Below the pieces are notes generated by a model that saw only the letters and a program-made list of their open reading frames with translations, did no database searches and was not told where the DNA came from. This document shows positions 1-12,759 of a stretch of DNA of 64,000 nt, in pieces. This stretch comes from Oikopleura dioica (lineage: Eukaryota; Animalia; Chordata), in the NCBI GenBank assembly GCA_907165135.1, contig OU015569.1:4712001-4776000 (forward strand). Reading direction: 5' to 3'. Each line of letters opens with the position of its first letter. Within the stretch, counting starts at the first letter, position 1. A program made the position numbers and the translations under genes.

Positions 1-3000
1 GCTGTGCACGACGTTGATTGCAAATTCATTACACCGGAGAAGCTTTCCGTTCAGTTCACAAGCAAAGACAAAAACTTCCTGGCTGAACATTCGCAGGGGA
101 GCAATGAGTACTTTTGTGTCAATCTCAAAATGTCTGAGGACGCGATCGACAAAGAGAAGATCGCCATAAGAGGCGTCAGAAGAAAAACATTCGAAGTTGA
201 AGTCACCTATTTGAAAGGCATGGGAATAAGCACACTTTATGAGAACAAGGGGAAAATAATTGCCGTGGTAGGAAAAAAGGTAGCTCGAACTCCTCAGATC
301 TTCATTGAGATTATAAAATGCTAAACCCAAGAAACAGGAAAAGACCCGATTCCAAAAGCCCCGCCGCCACCAGCCCCCTCGGCGCGGAGTAGCAGCAGCA
401 CCTTGAAATTGCGACCCGAGTCAAAGAGCGAAAAGACGGAAAAGCCAGTGGCAACTGTGGCCCCAATGACAAAGGCTGGCTACACCGGGCTGATTAACGT
501 CGGGAATACTTGCTTCATGGCGTCAGGAAACGCGTTTTCAATAATTTTGTCTGCTTGGAAGCGTGAAATTGAATCTTTGTTTCATCTTTGAGTCGAGTGA
601 TGAAAGAGTTTCTTAATTGCGACCGCGAAAGTTTATGAAAACAAATCTCTTGAAAACAAAGCAAAGTGATCCAATGTTTATCCAACATTCCAGCGTTGCG
701 CGATTATTTTCTATCACGAGGTGCGAGTGACCATCTCCATCCGACGAAAAACAAGCAATTCTAATTAACTGCCTTTTAGACTTCGAGAATGACATCAATT
801 GCGATAACCCGCTCGGCACTGGCGGCAAAATGGCCAACGCTTTCTACTTTCTATTGACACAACTCTGGTCAGGAAGGCTTAGATAGAGTCGAGTAGTGGC
901 TTTTCGAAGCAGTAGATTTACCAAAAAATAAGCGATACTTTTATCTTTTCAGCATTTTGATTTATCACTTCTCTTCTGTTTTACGAAAAGCTCGATGCAT
1001 CTTTAGAGCCCTTTGGCTACTTTTAATGATGATCGATTAATCTTAGAAATCTTAAGTCTCTGACGATTAGATATTTTCCATCCTAAGCCTGCGACAGGGA
1101 AGCACAAAGCGGTAAAGCCGACGCAAGTGAAGCAAGTCGTCGGAGAGCGAGCCCCGCAATTCCAAGGCTACTCGCAGCACGATGCACAAGAGTTCTGCGC
1201 CTACATACTCGACCTGCTGCACGAGGACGTCAACTTAATCAAATCAAAGCCATACACGGAGTCTAAAGAAGCTGATGGACGCCCGGACAAGGTAGGAAAT
1301 ACAAGCGAGAAGCATTGTCAAGCAATGCTACCAAATCACAGAAATAGATTGTTTCGATATAAGCAGATTAGGTTTTGTTTTCGCGAGTGGCTCTGGACTC
1401 CATCGCCGTTCATCCCATGTTTCGAGCGTAAATAAAATGCTACTCGCGAAAATGAATGATGCATCCACGATTCTAATTCGCATTTGAAAGGTCTCATTAT
1501 AAAGTTAAGCTTGGACATGCATTTTACATTTTCGCGTGTTCTATTGTTTTGAATGCGAAATCAACTCAATTTGTCAAAGCGCGCTCGAGACATGGCGTCG
1601 TATTTTGATAACAGTTTGAGTTGGCTAGTCGCGACCTTTGGCAAAACCAAAATTTTAAGGTGGTGGCGGAGGAGTCTTGGGACATTTTCTCGCGGCGCAA
1701 CAAGTCGAAGATCGTGGATCTACTCTACGGGCAGTACAAGTCCAACCTGCGATGTCCAAAATGTGAAAAACAATCGATCACCTTCGACCCCTTTGTTTAT
1801 TTATCAGGTAATGAGCCAGAACTTCAGTTAACATCAATGTTTTCTACAAACAGTGATATGCAACAAGCATAATAAAAATAGTCAACAAAGGCAGGCGCAG
1901 CAACGGGATAAAGGTCACTTCAAAGGGGGAGGCGATGGTTCAAAAATGCGTATTCAGGAGTAGGGCGATCCCCTTTCGCGGTGTATATGTCCTGGGCTCA
2001 ATATTTATTTAGGCGAAAAATAGCAAGAATTATTAAGGAGCGTTTGAAACATCATCGGCGAAAGGTTACCGGCCAATAGGTCAGTCAGGAGGAAAAGGCG
2101 ATTATTCTAGGGTAAATAAAAAGATTCTAGATGGACGGATCTCTTCAGTCGCTTTCTTTGGATTTTAAAAAATTGGGACATCAGATTTATATAAGTAATA
2201 AAGCGGAGGGTACCAAAGGAGCGAGCGAGAGTCCGACCGGACGTTTTAGATCAGAGTGCGGGACGAGATCATAAATAAGATAGAGATAAGTAAAGATAGA
2301 GATTGCAATTCTCTCCTCTCAATAAGGGTTGATGAAAGAAAGCACTTGGTTAAAGTTGTAAGGGCTCATTTGGTTGTACCAGGAGCCGTCCATCAAGGCG
2401 GGCATGTCGTTCACCGTCGGATGCGGCATGTTGTAAATGCAAAACACGCAGCCGGACTGGAAGGCGTAGTCCATTGACATCGGCAGCATCCCCATCGACT
2501 GTGCGATCTCCTGGTTACTCTGCGGGTTGTCGGAGGAGTTGTCGCTCTAAAATCGCCAATTAAATCGAGCCTTGTATTTTTCATGTAAATCAGAGTGCGC
2601 ACTTATTGATTAGGGTTTTTATCTTTCTAAATCGTCTTTGAACACCTTTTGTTCAAATTCTAGCTAAAATACTAATCTACATAAGCAGTAAAGCTAGCTC
2701 GCTAATTTTCATGTAAATTTTAAGTTCGACTTTAGAAGCTATCCGAAATAGCGTCATAAGCTCGTTAACTACGAGTGCTAGTGCTAACCTAATCGCATTT
2801 TCCCTGCGAAATAAATTAGCGCCTCTGTTCGGAGCGTTACCTGAATTCCGCTGTCCATCGCTGGACTCGGGCTATTCAGATCCATCTTCTGCATTGATTG
2901 GCTGATTTCGACAGGGCTGTATGATTCTTGGGGAACGTAGGCTTCAGCGGGAGCGTATAGTTCTGGAGATGCATATCCTTCCGGGGGAGCGTAGCTTTCT

Positions 3001-6000
3001 TGAGGGACGTAGGCTCCCGGGGGCGCGTATCCAGCCTGGATCGCGTAGCTGGGGTCATAGTGCGGGGTCGAGGGACTCTGCACAGGTGGCGTGGAGAGCG
3101 GGCTTTCACGTCGTTTCACGCTCTGAAAAAGTCAATTGTCAACACATCCTGTTTGTCTACAGTTTTGACGGATGGCTCTCCTCCCTCCTTTCTGGGAGAG
3201 CGCCCTTCTCAGACGAGCTCTATTTGAACTACTTACGGGAATTTCGAAGGGAGGAACAACGGCTTCCTGAATGTTGATTCGGAAGCCATCGAAAGTGCGC
3301 GGGTGACGATCCATCAGCTTCTGAGCACATGCAACGGTCGTGAAGATCACGAAAAACTTCTTCAAGTTCTTCTTTGAGCTTTTCTCCTGAAGCTCTTGAA
3401 TTGCATCGTCTTTGTATCCGATCTTCGAAAGCGCCTTGTGCAAGTATCTGAAATACAGTCTTAGAAACGTGAGAATCGCTGACTTCTGAATATACAGGAG
3501 CATCTGTTCAGTTTACAATAGAGGTCACTTCCGGTTCCTCTAACGCCCATTATTTGTTATTAAAATTAAGCTCACATTCGTTAAACAGTACTTTTCACCG
3601 TATAAGCGTATTTTATTGATCTCGGCTCGTCAAACTTCAATAAAGGGTTGAGTTGACAAAGCGCGGCCTGAAGCAGGTGACGTGGGATAACGTCGTAATT
3701 CAATAGGCCTTGATATGACATTTGTAAAAATTCACAGGAAGGACCACCCTTTACCGCGCGAGTGTGGTAGGAGATTCGCGATGGCTCCTGATTCTGGTCG
3801 CGGGCTTTCTAATTATGGGCTTTCTCGTTTATAGTGTCTCCTCAAGAATGCACGGAGCTTAATTTGAGTGAATTTACCTGACAAGCTTCTCTTCTGCATC
3901 ATTTCCACTGTAGGGAAAGGATATCTGCAGCCCGTTGTCGATTACTGTATAAATTTCCCGCCGCGGAATCATGATACTGTTTGGCCTGACAATAGTGTGT
4001 TCTCTCTTCGACTTTTCTTTCACTCGGAATCGCTTCATTTTCTCTCTTTTTTTCGTAATTCAAAAATAAAAATAAAATCTAATCAAAAAGTAACTAATGT
4101 TTGCCCACTTTTTGTGTTTTAGTTTTTAGTAAGGTCGTGCGGGTTCTTATTTCTTTCTGTTTTTTGGGTGAGTCGTGCGCCGCGCTCTCTGGCCCGCTCT
4201 GGCCTGGCTCGATGGCGTCGCGTTTTTCCTTTTCTATTTCTGCTGTGGTGGTTCAGGAAGTGGTTCGGAGTGTCCAGCTCGTTCTGGCTCTCTCCCGTGA
4301 CTCCCTCGCGTGACTGTTTGCACTTCTTTGCTTCAGAAGGAAAGGGGTGGGCCCGCTGCTGACCACATTGTTACGTAATCGCCCTAGAGCCAACTCCACT
4401 ACTAAAGTCTTTGTTCGCTTTGAAACTCTATCGCTGCCTAACTCTTGTTGTCCCGTCTCGCCCTTGCAAACGAATACATCTTCGTCAAATCCCCATGCTT
4501 CTTTCCAATTACGATTTTGGACTTTTTCTGCTCATTTGACTCCTCAAGTGATCGCCTCGGGCGAAATATTTGTTACTACGACAAATTGACTCCCTGATTG
4601 CTCATAATTTCTGAATTTCAGGTTTTGAATAATTCCAGTTGTAGAATGAACTAGATATGATTTACTGTTATTATAATTTCGGGGAAATAATAACTTACGC
4701 AAACGCATTTTTTCAAAATAGCTTATTGACAATAAGTTATTGTCCAATTACTTTAATAAGAAAAGTCTCGGTCACGAATTCCTGAGAAGAATGCTGACTA
4801 AAGGGGTTAAAATTACTGGCATTAGATTCCAGAGTCTCATCGCCGTCTATAGTCATTTCATTGAGAATGGTCAATTTTTCAAGTTGCAACAGAAATATGC
4901 TTTTGGTTTGTTCGCATTCCAAAGTGTACATAAGAATCTCCCGGTTTTCTTCACAAATATGCAGTGGCCCATTTCTCTCATCGGAAGCAAATTTACTCTG
5001 AGAAATCGGCCAGGCGATCCGATTGCAATCAGCGACTCGTGTATCCTAAGCAGCGTTCCAAGAAGGTGGCTTTGTTAGTCTCGCTTTGAAATTGAAGCGA
5101 TTGAGTAGATAAACTAAACCTCCATGTAAATCTAAAGTCACCCTATTATTAAACTGAACCTGTGAATGTCCGAACTTGTGAAACTCCGAAGGATATGGAT
5201 CGTCAGAAAACGATTTTATTCTTAAAAAATCCCGTCGCCATCGAATCAAAAAAGCGTTGGCTAAAATGTACTTTTAGTGCCGCTGCCACGAGAGCTACGA
5301 AAACTGTCAGTCCTTTTCTTCTTCGCATCGCCCGAGAAGAGACCCCGTCGCTTCGAAATCCAAGTCTCGAAAAAGGGCGGAAGTGTTCGCGAAATCTACC
5401 TCCAAGTCTCTAAAAACACCGATGTTCCGGTAAGGCGCCTCACTCGATGGAAAAATCATCGTCGCTTTTCCCATGCTGCATAAATCGCACCGCACCCACT
5501 TTTCCAATAATGAGAAAATAAGAAACATTCACAATGGAAGCTACTTCTTTATTAGTAGTGTTAACCTTCCATTATCTTTCCCGAACTTTTCGACGTAAAA
5601 TTTATACTTTCAACTTCTTTGAAGAATTTTTTGACATTTCTTCTTAATTGATAAAGGCCTTCATATGCTTATTGTAGAACCAAGAAGTCAGATAAAAATA
5701 TTTTTCCATAAACTTTGAAAATCCGCCTTGTTAAATTTCACAAAAAGCGATGAAGCATTGAACTGATAAGCAGTCCTGATTTATCGCGTCTATTTTTTTT
5801 TAACTGAATAATTGTTGCTTATTTTGGAGATTTTCCAGTCGCTTATCGGTTTATAATTGTTTCTAGCTGGATGCGCTGCGCGTTCTGACTAGCTATAAAA
5901 AACGGCTGCACAAGAGTCATCCCCCCACCGGCGACCTCGACGACATCGACTCGACCAGCGAAGTCATTGCCTCACAAATCAAAAATGATGAAGAAAATGT

Positions 6001-8819
6001 CGTCATTGGCCTTTCTCACAGGAAAGAGCTCAGAAAAGGTATTTACAATCGCAGTTGATACTTCTCCAGAAGAATTCTCAGATCGTAATAGATTCTCAAA
6101 TTGACTACAAGGGAGATCCCTTCGCTGGCCTTGGACCTGACTTAGGTTCTCAAGAGCTAAAATGAAATGCCGCGTAATACGGCCCGCGTATTTAAGCTCT
6201 TTAAAACCTGACTCAGGTTTTTTACACAGGTTGCCGAGCCCAGGCCTCTTGGATCGATTCGAGACAATGCTTGAAACAGCCAAATCTAAAGCTGCAGGTT
6301 TCCAGGGCGGCCTTGAATTTCAACCGCGGCGATTATAGCACGCGTCAAGTGTCAAATCAGCCGTCTTTTGCCCACCTTTGAAGTTCAATTTGAACTTTGG
6401 CGGAAAAATATCGTGACCCCGTGTATTTTTTGTGGCCGGTTGAGATATCCAAGTTAATCCCATTTTTAAGTGTCCGATCCGGATAAGTGTCAATGCTGCG
6501 GGGTCGAGCACAGTGAGAAAAGCTTGAAAAGATGTGCCAAGTGCAAAGATGCTTGGTTCGTATCTATGAGCGTATTTCGACTTTAGAGACATTAGCTGTT
6601 CTTTGAGGACAATTATGCTTTGACTCTTAGGATAAATTAATGATTAGAAAATTATATATATAATTATGAATCATATAATATGATAAAATCAACTTTTATT
6701 GAATCATCTAATCAGGTACTGTTCAAAAGAGTGCATCAAGGAAAACTTCAAATACCACAAGTCAAGTTGCGAAGGTAAATTCTAAGGACTAGTTGTATAG
6801 TATTTCATATAGCGAGGCTCGTAAATCTTGCAGCTGCGAAATTATCACGTGATCCGTATTCCCGTATTTCGAACAAAGACTCTTTTCTCTGCAGAAATAG
6901 AGCGTCCGAAATCGGGTTAAACTTTCTTTTTAGTTTCAAAAGAGTTTATCGGAAATCCGCTTTTCATATCTGTCCCGCGGCGAATTTCGCGCTCTACTCT
7001 TCACAAACTCATCCTCGATTACGCGGCGTACTCGATTGACTACAGTTGGAGTGTGGAGTCACTCGAACGGCAAAAGAATGCCACTTCCGGTAGTTTAAAG
7101 ACTTAATTTCGTTCGAGACTAATGCTCATTTTTCATTCAGACTACGAAACACCCCCAAGCAGTCCTGAACAACCGGAATTAGGCGATGACTTTGAAACAG
7201 AAAATCAAGAATCCACTACTCTCAATCAACCTATCAACAAGACACGGCCAGAATCCCAGCCACTGGTGCCTTTTAGACTCATTGCAACCACACAAGTAAG
7301 TGGCTTAATCCCCATGAGGAAACGCCGTGCGGAAACGGTCCCTAAAACGGAAATAACAAAAAAGACTGTTCTTGTGAAACAATGTCGTCGGAAATTTTAA
7401 CGTTGTTTTCTTAGCACGGAACAGACTTGGCAAAACAATCGATGACGGAAGAAGAAGATGTATATTTGCTCGACGATGTGACGAATCTTACGGCAGAATG
7501 GTTAAATGACAAAGTAAGAGATTAATTTAATACTTCTGGTCAAGCTTGCAGTTTTTTCTTACTTTGATTCGTAATTTTTAACCTCTGCGGTTACGAGGAT
7601 AGATTTATGAGTATTTTGAAAACAAATAATCCTTGCATTTAACTTAATTTTCAAATAAGCAGGTGAGTATTTCGAGTGTGAAGGGCCCTTCTAATTAAAC
7701 ACGAAATTACAAATTGCCCGCTTGAAGGGTTTTTGTTTACTAATTTGAAATTGATAGCATCGAGTCGCAAAAAAAGATGAGCCCTACGTCCCGTGGCTCG
7801 AGTCAGTCAGCTCAGTCAATCATGAAGACATTCGCGCCGATCGCATGTCCAGTTACGACGATACAGTTACGCTCGAGCGCTGCATTGAGCTGTTTTCTGA
7901 AGCGGAAATACTCGAAGAGGATGACTTTTGGTACTGTGGCTCTTGTAAGGTATGCCTTCGTCTACAACAGTTTTATTTACAACACAAGAATGATTTCTTT
8001 AGTTTTCGGGTTGCCATCTTTTGAATGCTTTTCAGTAGTCCGTTTCTATTTGCCGCCAAATATTCGAAGCTGACAATTCTCGTGTGTTTATTAAAATTTA
8101 GGAACACGTGGCAGCGCAGAAACAGCTGTCTCTGTGGAAGCTGCCAAAGGTGCTTATTTTCCACCTGAAGCGCTTCCATTACCGACAGAGCCAATCGCAC
8201 TACTCGATTCGACGGGACAAGATTAACAAGCTCGTGGACTACCAAGTCGAAAACCTGGACATGAGCCCGTTTGTGATCGACCCGAAAGAAGCTTGCAACG
8301 GAGTGCCGCCCAACTACGAGCTCTGTGGCGTCGTCAACCACATGGGCAGCATGGTCAGTATCGTCAACTCAATTCCCCATTCATCTACCCTTTCCTTCAG
8401 AGCTTCGGCCATTACACCGCTTATGTCAAACATCCAGATAAGGAGAGCCAATGGAGACTGGCAGATGACTCGCATGTGCGCGATGTTCGACAGAGCAGCG
8501 TTGTTAGTGATAATGGATATTTATTGTTTTATAAGGTTCGTTTACTTTTATTTAATGTTGGGGTTCTGTTTCTTCATTAGCATCCTTTATGTCATCATGC
8601 TTTATCTAACTCTGTTGATTATAGTTGAAAGAACCGACAAAATCAGATTCTAAGCCGAAGCTGAATATACAGTCGTATGAAGAAGTCAAGCTTGAGGAGC
8701 AAATGGAAAAACTGACATTCGAATCACTGAAAGAAACCTACGAAGCTAAAGAGCAGGAGAAACTCACCGAAGACGAAGAAGAAGAAGAAGACTCGAATGA
8801 AGACGAAAGGAGACACTAA
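1..8819 (+). CDS. USP19: USP19-like ubiquitin C-terminal hydrolase (CS/p23-like N-terminal part, USP domain split by a MYND finger); 5' end outside window; multi-exon
   Basis: Hand-spliced exons give Cys box GLINVGNTCFMASVIQCLSN, QHDAQEF, DLLYGQYKSNLRCPKC, FDPFVYLS|VPLP, MYND KCQCC..KRCAKCKDAWYCSKECIKENFKYHKSSC (6486-6775), LWKLPKVLIFHLKRF and His box GVVNHMG..GHYTAY. Introns include 527-666, 721-779, 873-1097, 1292-1659, 1808-5277 and 5430-5866. Confidence 0.9.
2319..4038 (-). CDS. Nested antisense gene: divergent RRM protein with Tyr/Pro hexapeptide repeats (Boule/DAZ-like candidate)
   Basis: Exons: RRM-like KKFFVIFTTVACAQKLMDRHPRTFDGFRINIQEA (3132-3460), YAPxEx repeats, and last exon SDNSS..SFINPY* ending 2319, joined by GT-AG. 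The 5' exons (ATG 4038 or 3719) are not fully resolved. Confidence 0.65.
2913..3029 (-). repeat. 18-nt-period coding tandem repeat (YAPPGA YVPQES YAPPEG YASPEL YAPAEA YVPQES YSP)
   Basis: Tyr every 6 residues; the AYVPQESY unit occurs twice, 72 nt apart, with synonymous differences. Confidence 0.85.
4119..5250 (-). CDS. Second nested antisense gene of unknown function with a basic C-terminus
   Basis: Open frame RNWKEAWGFDEDVFVC..KRTKTL joins through a 44-nt GT-AG intron (4402-4359) to QRAHPFPS..RRHRARPERARERG..KN* (stop 4119). Upstream exons unresolved. Confidence 0.4.
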
Positions 8820-9051
8820 GCTAATTTATTTCAAATACTGTATTTACTTGCGCATTGGTTGCCAATCCTCCTATTTATATATTGTACTAGACTTTCCCTA
8901 TACAAACGTTACAGTTCTGACATCCTCTGCTACTGATTCTTAATTTCTCAAAGTGATCAAAAAGTAGCTGTTTGAAATTCTAATAAAGGATAATTTTATA
9001 TCAGAAACAACTGATGTGACATGTTTTTAAGCTTAAGATTTGATTGTAAAA

Positions 9052-9351
9052 ATGGACATAGACCGGGATGATGGTGGCTACTCCGATATGGACGTAGGAA
9101 GGTGCGCAGATTATAAAATTTGGTTAAAAGTTGTGGTTAAAATTTGTTCACTTTTTGCAAGATGTGATTGAATCCAACTCCTCCTCCTCAACGCGTCAGC
9201 CCGCGGTAAGCTTCTTTTTGTTAATAAACACGAGAGGCTATTTATTTAGAAAGAGGAAAAGAAGAACGAGTCGAAACAGAACACGATTTTGCATGCCGAC
9301 TACTGGAAGGACTTCGAGGACCCCTTCAAGACGCTCGTGAGGAAAAACTGA
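9052..9351 (+). CDS. COP9 signalosome subunit 9 (CSNAP/MYEOV2)-like acidic microprotein, about 63 aa, 3 exons
   Basis: Spliced product MDIDRDDGGYSDMDV-DVIESNSSSSTRQPA-KEEKKNESKQNTILHADYWKDFEDPFKTLVRKN*. LHADYWKDFEDPF resembles the COPS9 motif VHADFFNDFEDLF (recalled). Requires GA-AG intron 9098-9161. Confidence 0.55.
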
Positions 9352-9493
9352 CTGCCCCAAGCTTACTGTATACAATTTCTTGTGTTATAAAAGATTGAAC
9401 ATTATCAAAGACCCGAAGTGGCCCTAGATCCGAGCAGAGCGGCCACTTGATACTGAACTCAAGTTTCTTTCAGCAGTATTGAAATAAGAGGAT

Positions 9494-10336
9494 TTATTCT
9501 GGGCAGAAATAGTCCTTCTGGCCTCTTATCATGCCGGAAGTGTATTCGAAATTTGGAGAAAGCTGCAGACGTGCCTTGTCCGTGATGTTGCACCCGTCTG
9601 GTCCAAACGTCCACACAGCGCAATGTCTTAGGAAATATTTTTAAATCTCGCTTCTTTCCGTCGGGTAATACCTGATGGCTTCGCACATTTCCTTGCATGC
9701 GGCGAAGGTGCTCTCGGTCAACTCAACCAATCGAGAATGCTCTGTAACAACCTAAATCATCAAGTGATAATGGATGAGTCTGGAGTCTCACTTTCATTCC
9801 GTATCTGATGCACTCATTTTCGTACAAAAAGGAGGATGTGTCTTCATCGTGATGTTCATGAGTCCTGTTGCCGGCGAGGAAGTCGCGCAAACTATGCTCG
9901 TCTTTATCAAGTTTGAGTTCATTAAAATTAGTTTTTTTTATGCTCAATGGCATTTTCCACCGGGGGAAAATGCTCTTTACATCTCTCATATGGTTATTTC
10001 TAGCTTCATATGACAGTTGCTAGGTTGACATAAAACTGGGCCGGGTTACCCGATCAAATTAGAACTCGTGTCATGCGCACTGTCAATTCTGCCTGTCCAT
10101 TCTTTCGTCTCTTCTTCGAAATGTCCCTGGTAAATCTCGTGGACATACTCCGCTAGAAAAGACTTATTTTTGGCTGTCATTTTGAACGTAGAAATTAATG
10201 ATCGATTTGAAATCGACGATTTCCTAATAAAATACAGCCACTACTCACATAACACAAGCATACAAACGCCAAGAATATACAATGCAAGAAATGTCAAGAC
10301 TGTGAGATCTTTTTGTGGATCAGAAAGTCCGGACAT
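9494..10336 (-). CDS. Type II membrane protein with a C-terminal PAN/apple-like domain
   Basis: N-terminal hydrophobic LTVLTFLALYILGVCMLVL; C-terminal exons read FAACKEMCEAIR|HCAVWTFGPDGCNITDK..EYTSGMIRGQKDYFCPE*, a PAN-type Cys/W-x-F/SG pattern. Confidence 0.55.
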
Positions 10337-10654
10337 TTATTTTTTCTTTTCTAGCTAATTCAAAATTCTCTAAACGACGCAGTCTTTTTGCCAATTGCAA
10401 AGAATTAGCACCCAACAATCCAGCCTTAGGCGCCCATAAAGTCACCCCTGAATGAGTTTATTCCTATGTTACCTTTTTTGGCAATTCTTGACAATCGTTT
10501 TCTGAGTTTTGAATCTTTTTAAAGTTAGGTACCTGCTGAAAGAAACAATAGTCAATAATGAGAATCAATAAGGAGACTGTAGTTTTCGGCAGTCGTCGAT
10601 TTTTATTCTAACATTTTATTCAATGAGACTTAAAAATGAACAAATACAGGCAAA

Positions 10655-11545
10655 AATCTCATTTCTGTGCATCCTTCTTGGCAGAAACTTGCTTTCGCGC
10701 GGCGTCACGACGGATATCCTCGACCGCTGTTTCAACCAGTTCCCGGAGATCGACCGGAAGTTCTTCGTTGATTTCGCCTCCCTCAAGTCTTTTCTCAACC
10801 TCCTCTGAAAAAGTAATATGTTTAAGTTTCCAGTTGGAGAAAACGTACCTTGGTAAAGCTCAAAGTCTTTCTTTCTGTCTTCGGCAGCCATTTCTATAAG
10901 AGGGCGGAGTTGGGGAGGAAGATCTTGAATCTGGGCTCAGCAAACTGAATTTTCAAGTTCTCGCGAAGCCGCTTCCCGAAGAAAGTGAAGATCTTTCAGT
11001 ACCCTGAGTCAGCTTTACGACAAAGACCGCCGAGCCCAGTCTTGAACAGCATCAGTTTCCTGATACGCCTTCTTTGTTGTGTTCGTTTCTGGTACGTCTT
11101 CCATTGGTCGTTTTTGGGCCGACTTGAACCTGTAAAGAATCCCTCCTAAAAGAAGAGTGTTTTATTTTTTTCTGAAATCAAAGGTGAGTACCGTAATCAC
11201 AGGGGAGGGTCCCGGTACTAAAGCAATCCAGGCAAACTGCAGTTCCATCGCCCATATCGACCAGAGATGCAACATTGTCGTTCCTACCGACTTCTCTGGC
11301 GGAATTCTCATCAGCAGTCCGCGTCGATTCGACGTCGTCTTCCGCTTTTTCTTGAGAAGAGAGCTCTTCCAACTTCTGGGAGAGTTGTTGAACTTCCACT
11401 TGTGCCTAAAACAAAGAATAACATAACGAAAGAAACATTGTCTAACCTCATCTTGAGAAGAAGGAGGAGCTGGCTGGGAAGGGTCCTTGCCGGCTTCGTT
11501 TGGGACGTCCTCGTGGTTGTTTTTCATCTCTGGCTGGGAGCCCAT
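10655..11545 (-). CDS. Unknown acidic/coiled-coil protein, multi-exon
   Basis: GT-AG junctions SQDE|AQVEVQQ, PCDY|GSSR and ELYQ|EEVEK..DAQK*; one internal junction unresolved; TATA box upstream. Confidence 0.5.
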
Positions 11546-11612
11546 CGCGATATCCTGCGTTTTTTGTGTTTTTCAACAAGTGAATTGTGAGTTTTTCTGC
11601 TGAGACGCAGGC

Positions 11613-11620
11613 CTTTTATA
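11613..11620 (-). promoter_or_regulatory. TATA box
   Basis: TATAAAAG in a GC-rich context about 70 nt upstream of the ATG at 11545. Confidence 0.55.
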
Positions 11621-12759
11621 CGGCGGTTTCCACGTGCAAGGGTTTTCGAGCGGGGGCCTTAGATCCCGAGCGGATGGTTGGTCTGTCGTCCGCCTCCCTA
11701 TTTTTCATCAAGAGTCCGTTCGAATCGGCGCGAGAACTGCTCCTCGTTGAGGTCCAACGCTGAAATCCTACTAAAAGTATTTTTCGTGTTGCCTTGAAAA
11801 TCCTACAAAGGCGACATTTCTGGCAGACCTAGTGAGAAGCTTTTGAAAGCAATGCAAGTCCTCAACATGTTAATTAATTTATTTTCTCCGAAAATTGTTT
11901 TATGATCGCCATTGAAGCTAACACATGATCTGCGCGTTATTTCCTCTGCTGGATTTGGCAGGACTGGGAGAGTGTCGGCCGTGCTGTTGCTTGTCGGTCA
12001 GCTGGGTGTCGGAGAGACCCTCGGAAGTGCGAGCAAGTCGTTTAATTTTTCCAAATCGCTGTTTCGCGTGCACGGTGATGATCGATCGCGCTAGATCTGA
12101 GGACACGATCTATCTCAACTGTCCTCAACCTACCTTGCCCAGTCGACAAGACACAAACACCAGCACTTTGATCACTTGCGAATGAATAGAACCCAGTCGT
12201 AGACATTTCCGTAAATTTCGAAACTCACTATTAATTCATTTTTGGAGACATAGAGGAGATACTCCGGGTACTCGACAAATATTATTTCAAGTTGAAGTCA
12301 TAAATGTCTTATTCTGAAAAAGTGATTCATTCAAGCATTTTTCTTTCATTATTCGACAGAATATTCCTCTCGAAAAGTATTCATTGGAATTTCCAATTTG
12401 GAAACATTAACATTGAACAGCGAGTACGATCTATACTATCAGAAATTAAAATACTAATAGTCTGTTTAAAATTATAACTTCATTAAATCATTATGTCATA
12501 TTTAATAAATTTTGATCATAAATCATTTTTATGCCAAAACTGAGGCCCAAAAAGAGATATTCGCAGTGTGAGAAATTTTATATAGTACTGGGAGTTTCAG
12601 ATGTGGCGTTCCCACAAATAGAAATTAGCTCAATGCGATAAAACTCGTTTTTTCCATTTCACGGTGTTCGTAAGTTGAACCGATATTCAGTATGTGTGGC
12701 GATAGTTGATCAGTCTAGCAGATAAATTGGAGAAGCCGGAAAGAAAAGAGACTTTTCGG

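Noticed and set aside
6481-6520. Apparent frameshift in the USP19 MYND finger
   Set aside because: Recounting the G run (four G) shows CQCCGVEHSEKSLKRC is in one frame.
5972-6592. Minus-strand ORFs overlapping USP19 exons and intron
   Set aside because: No domain or consistent splice model; partly antisense to real exons.
11030-11130. Faint MADS-box resemblance (TYQKR, KKAYQ)
   Set aside because: The two motifs lie in different frames and the rest of the domain does not match.
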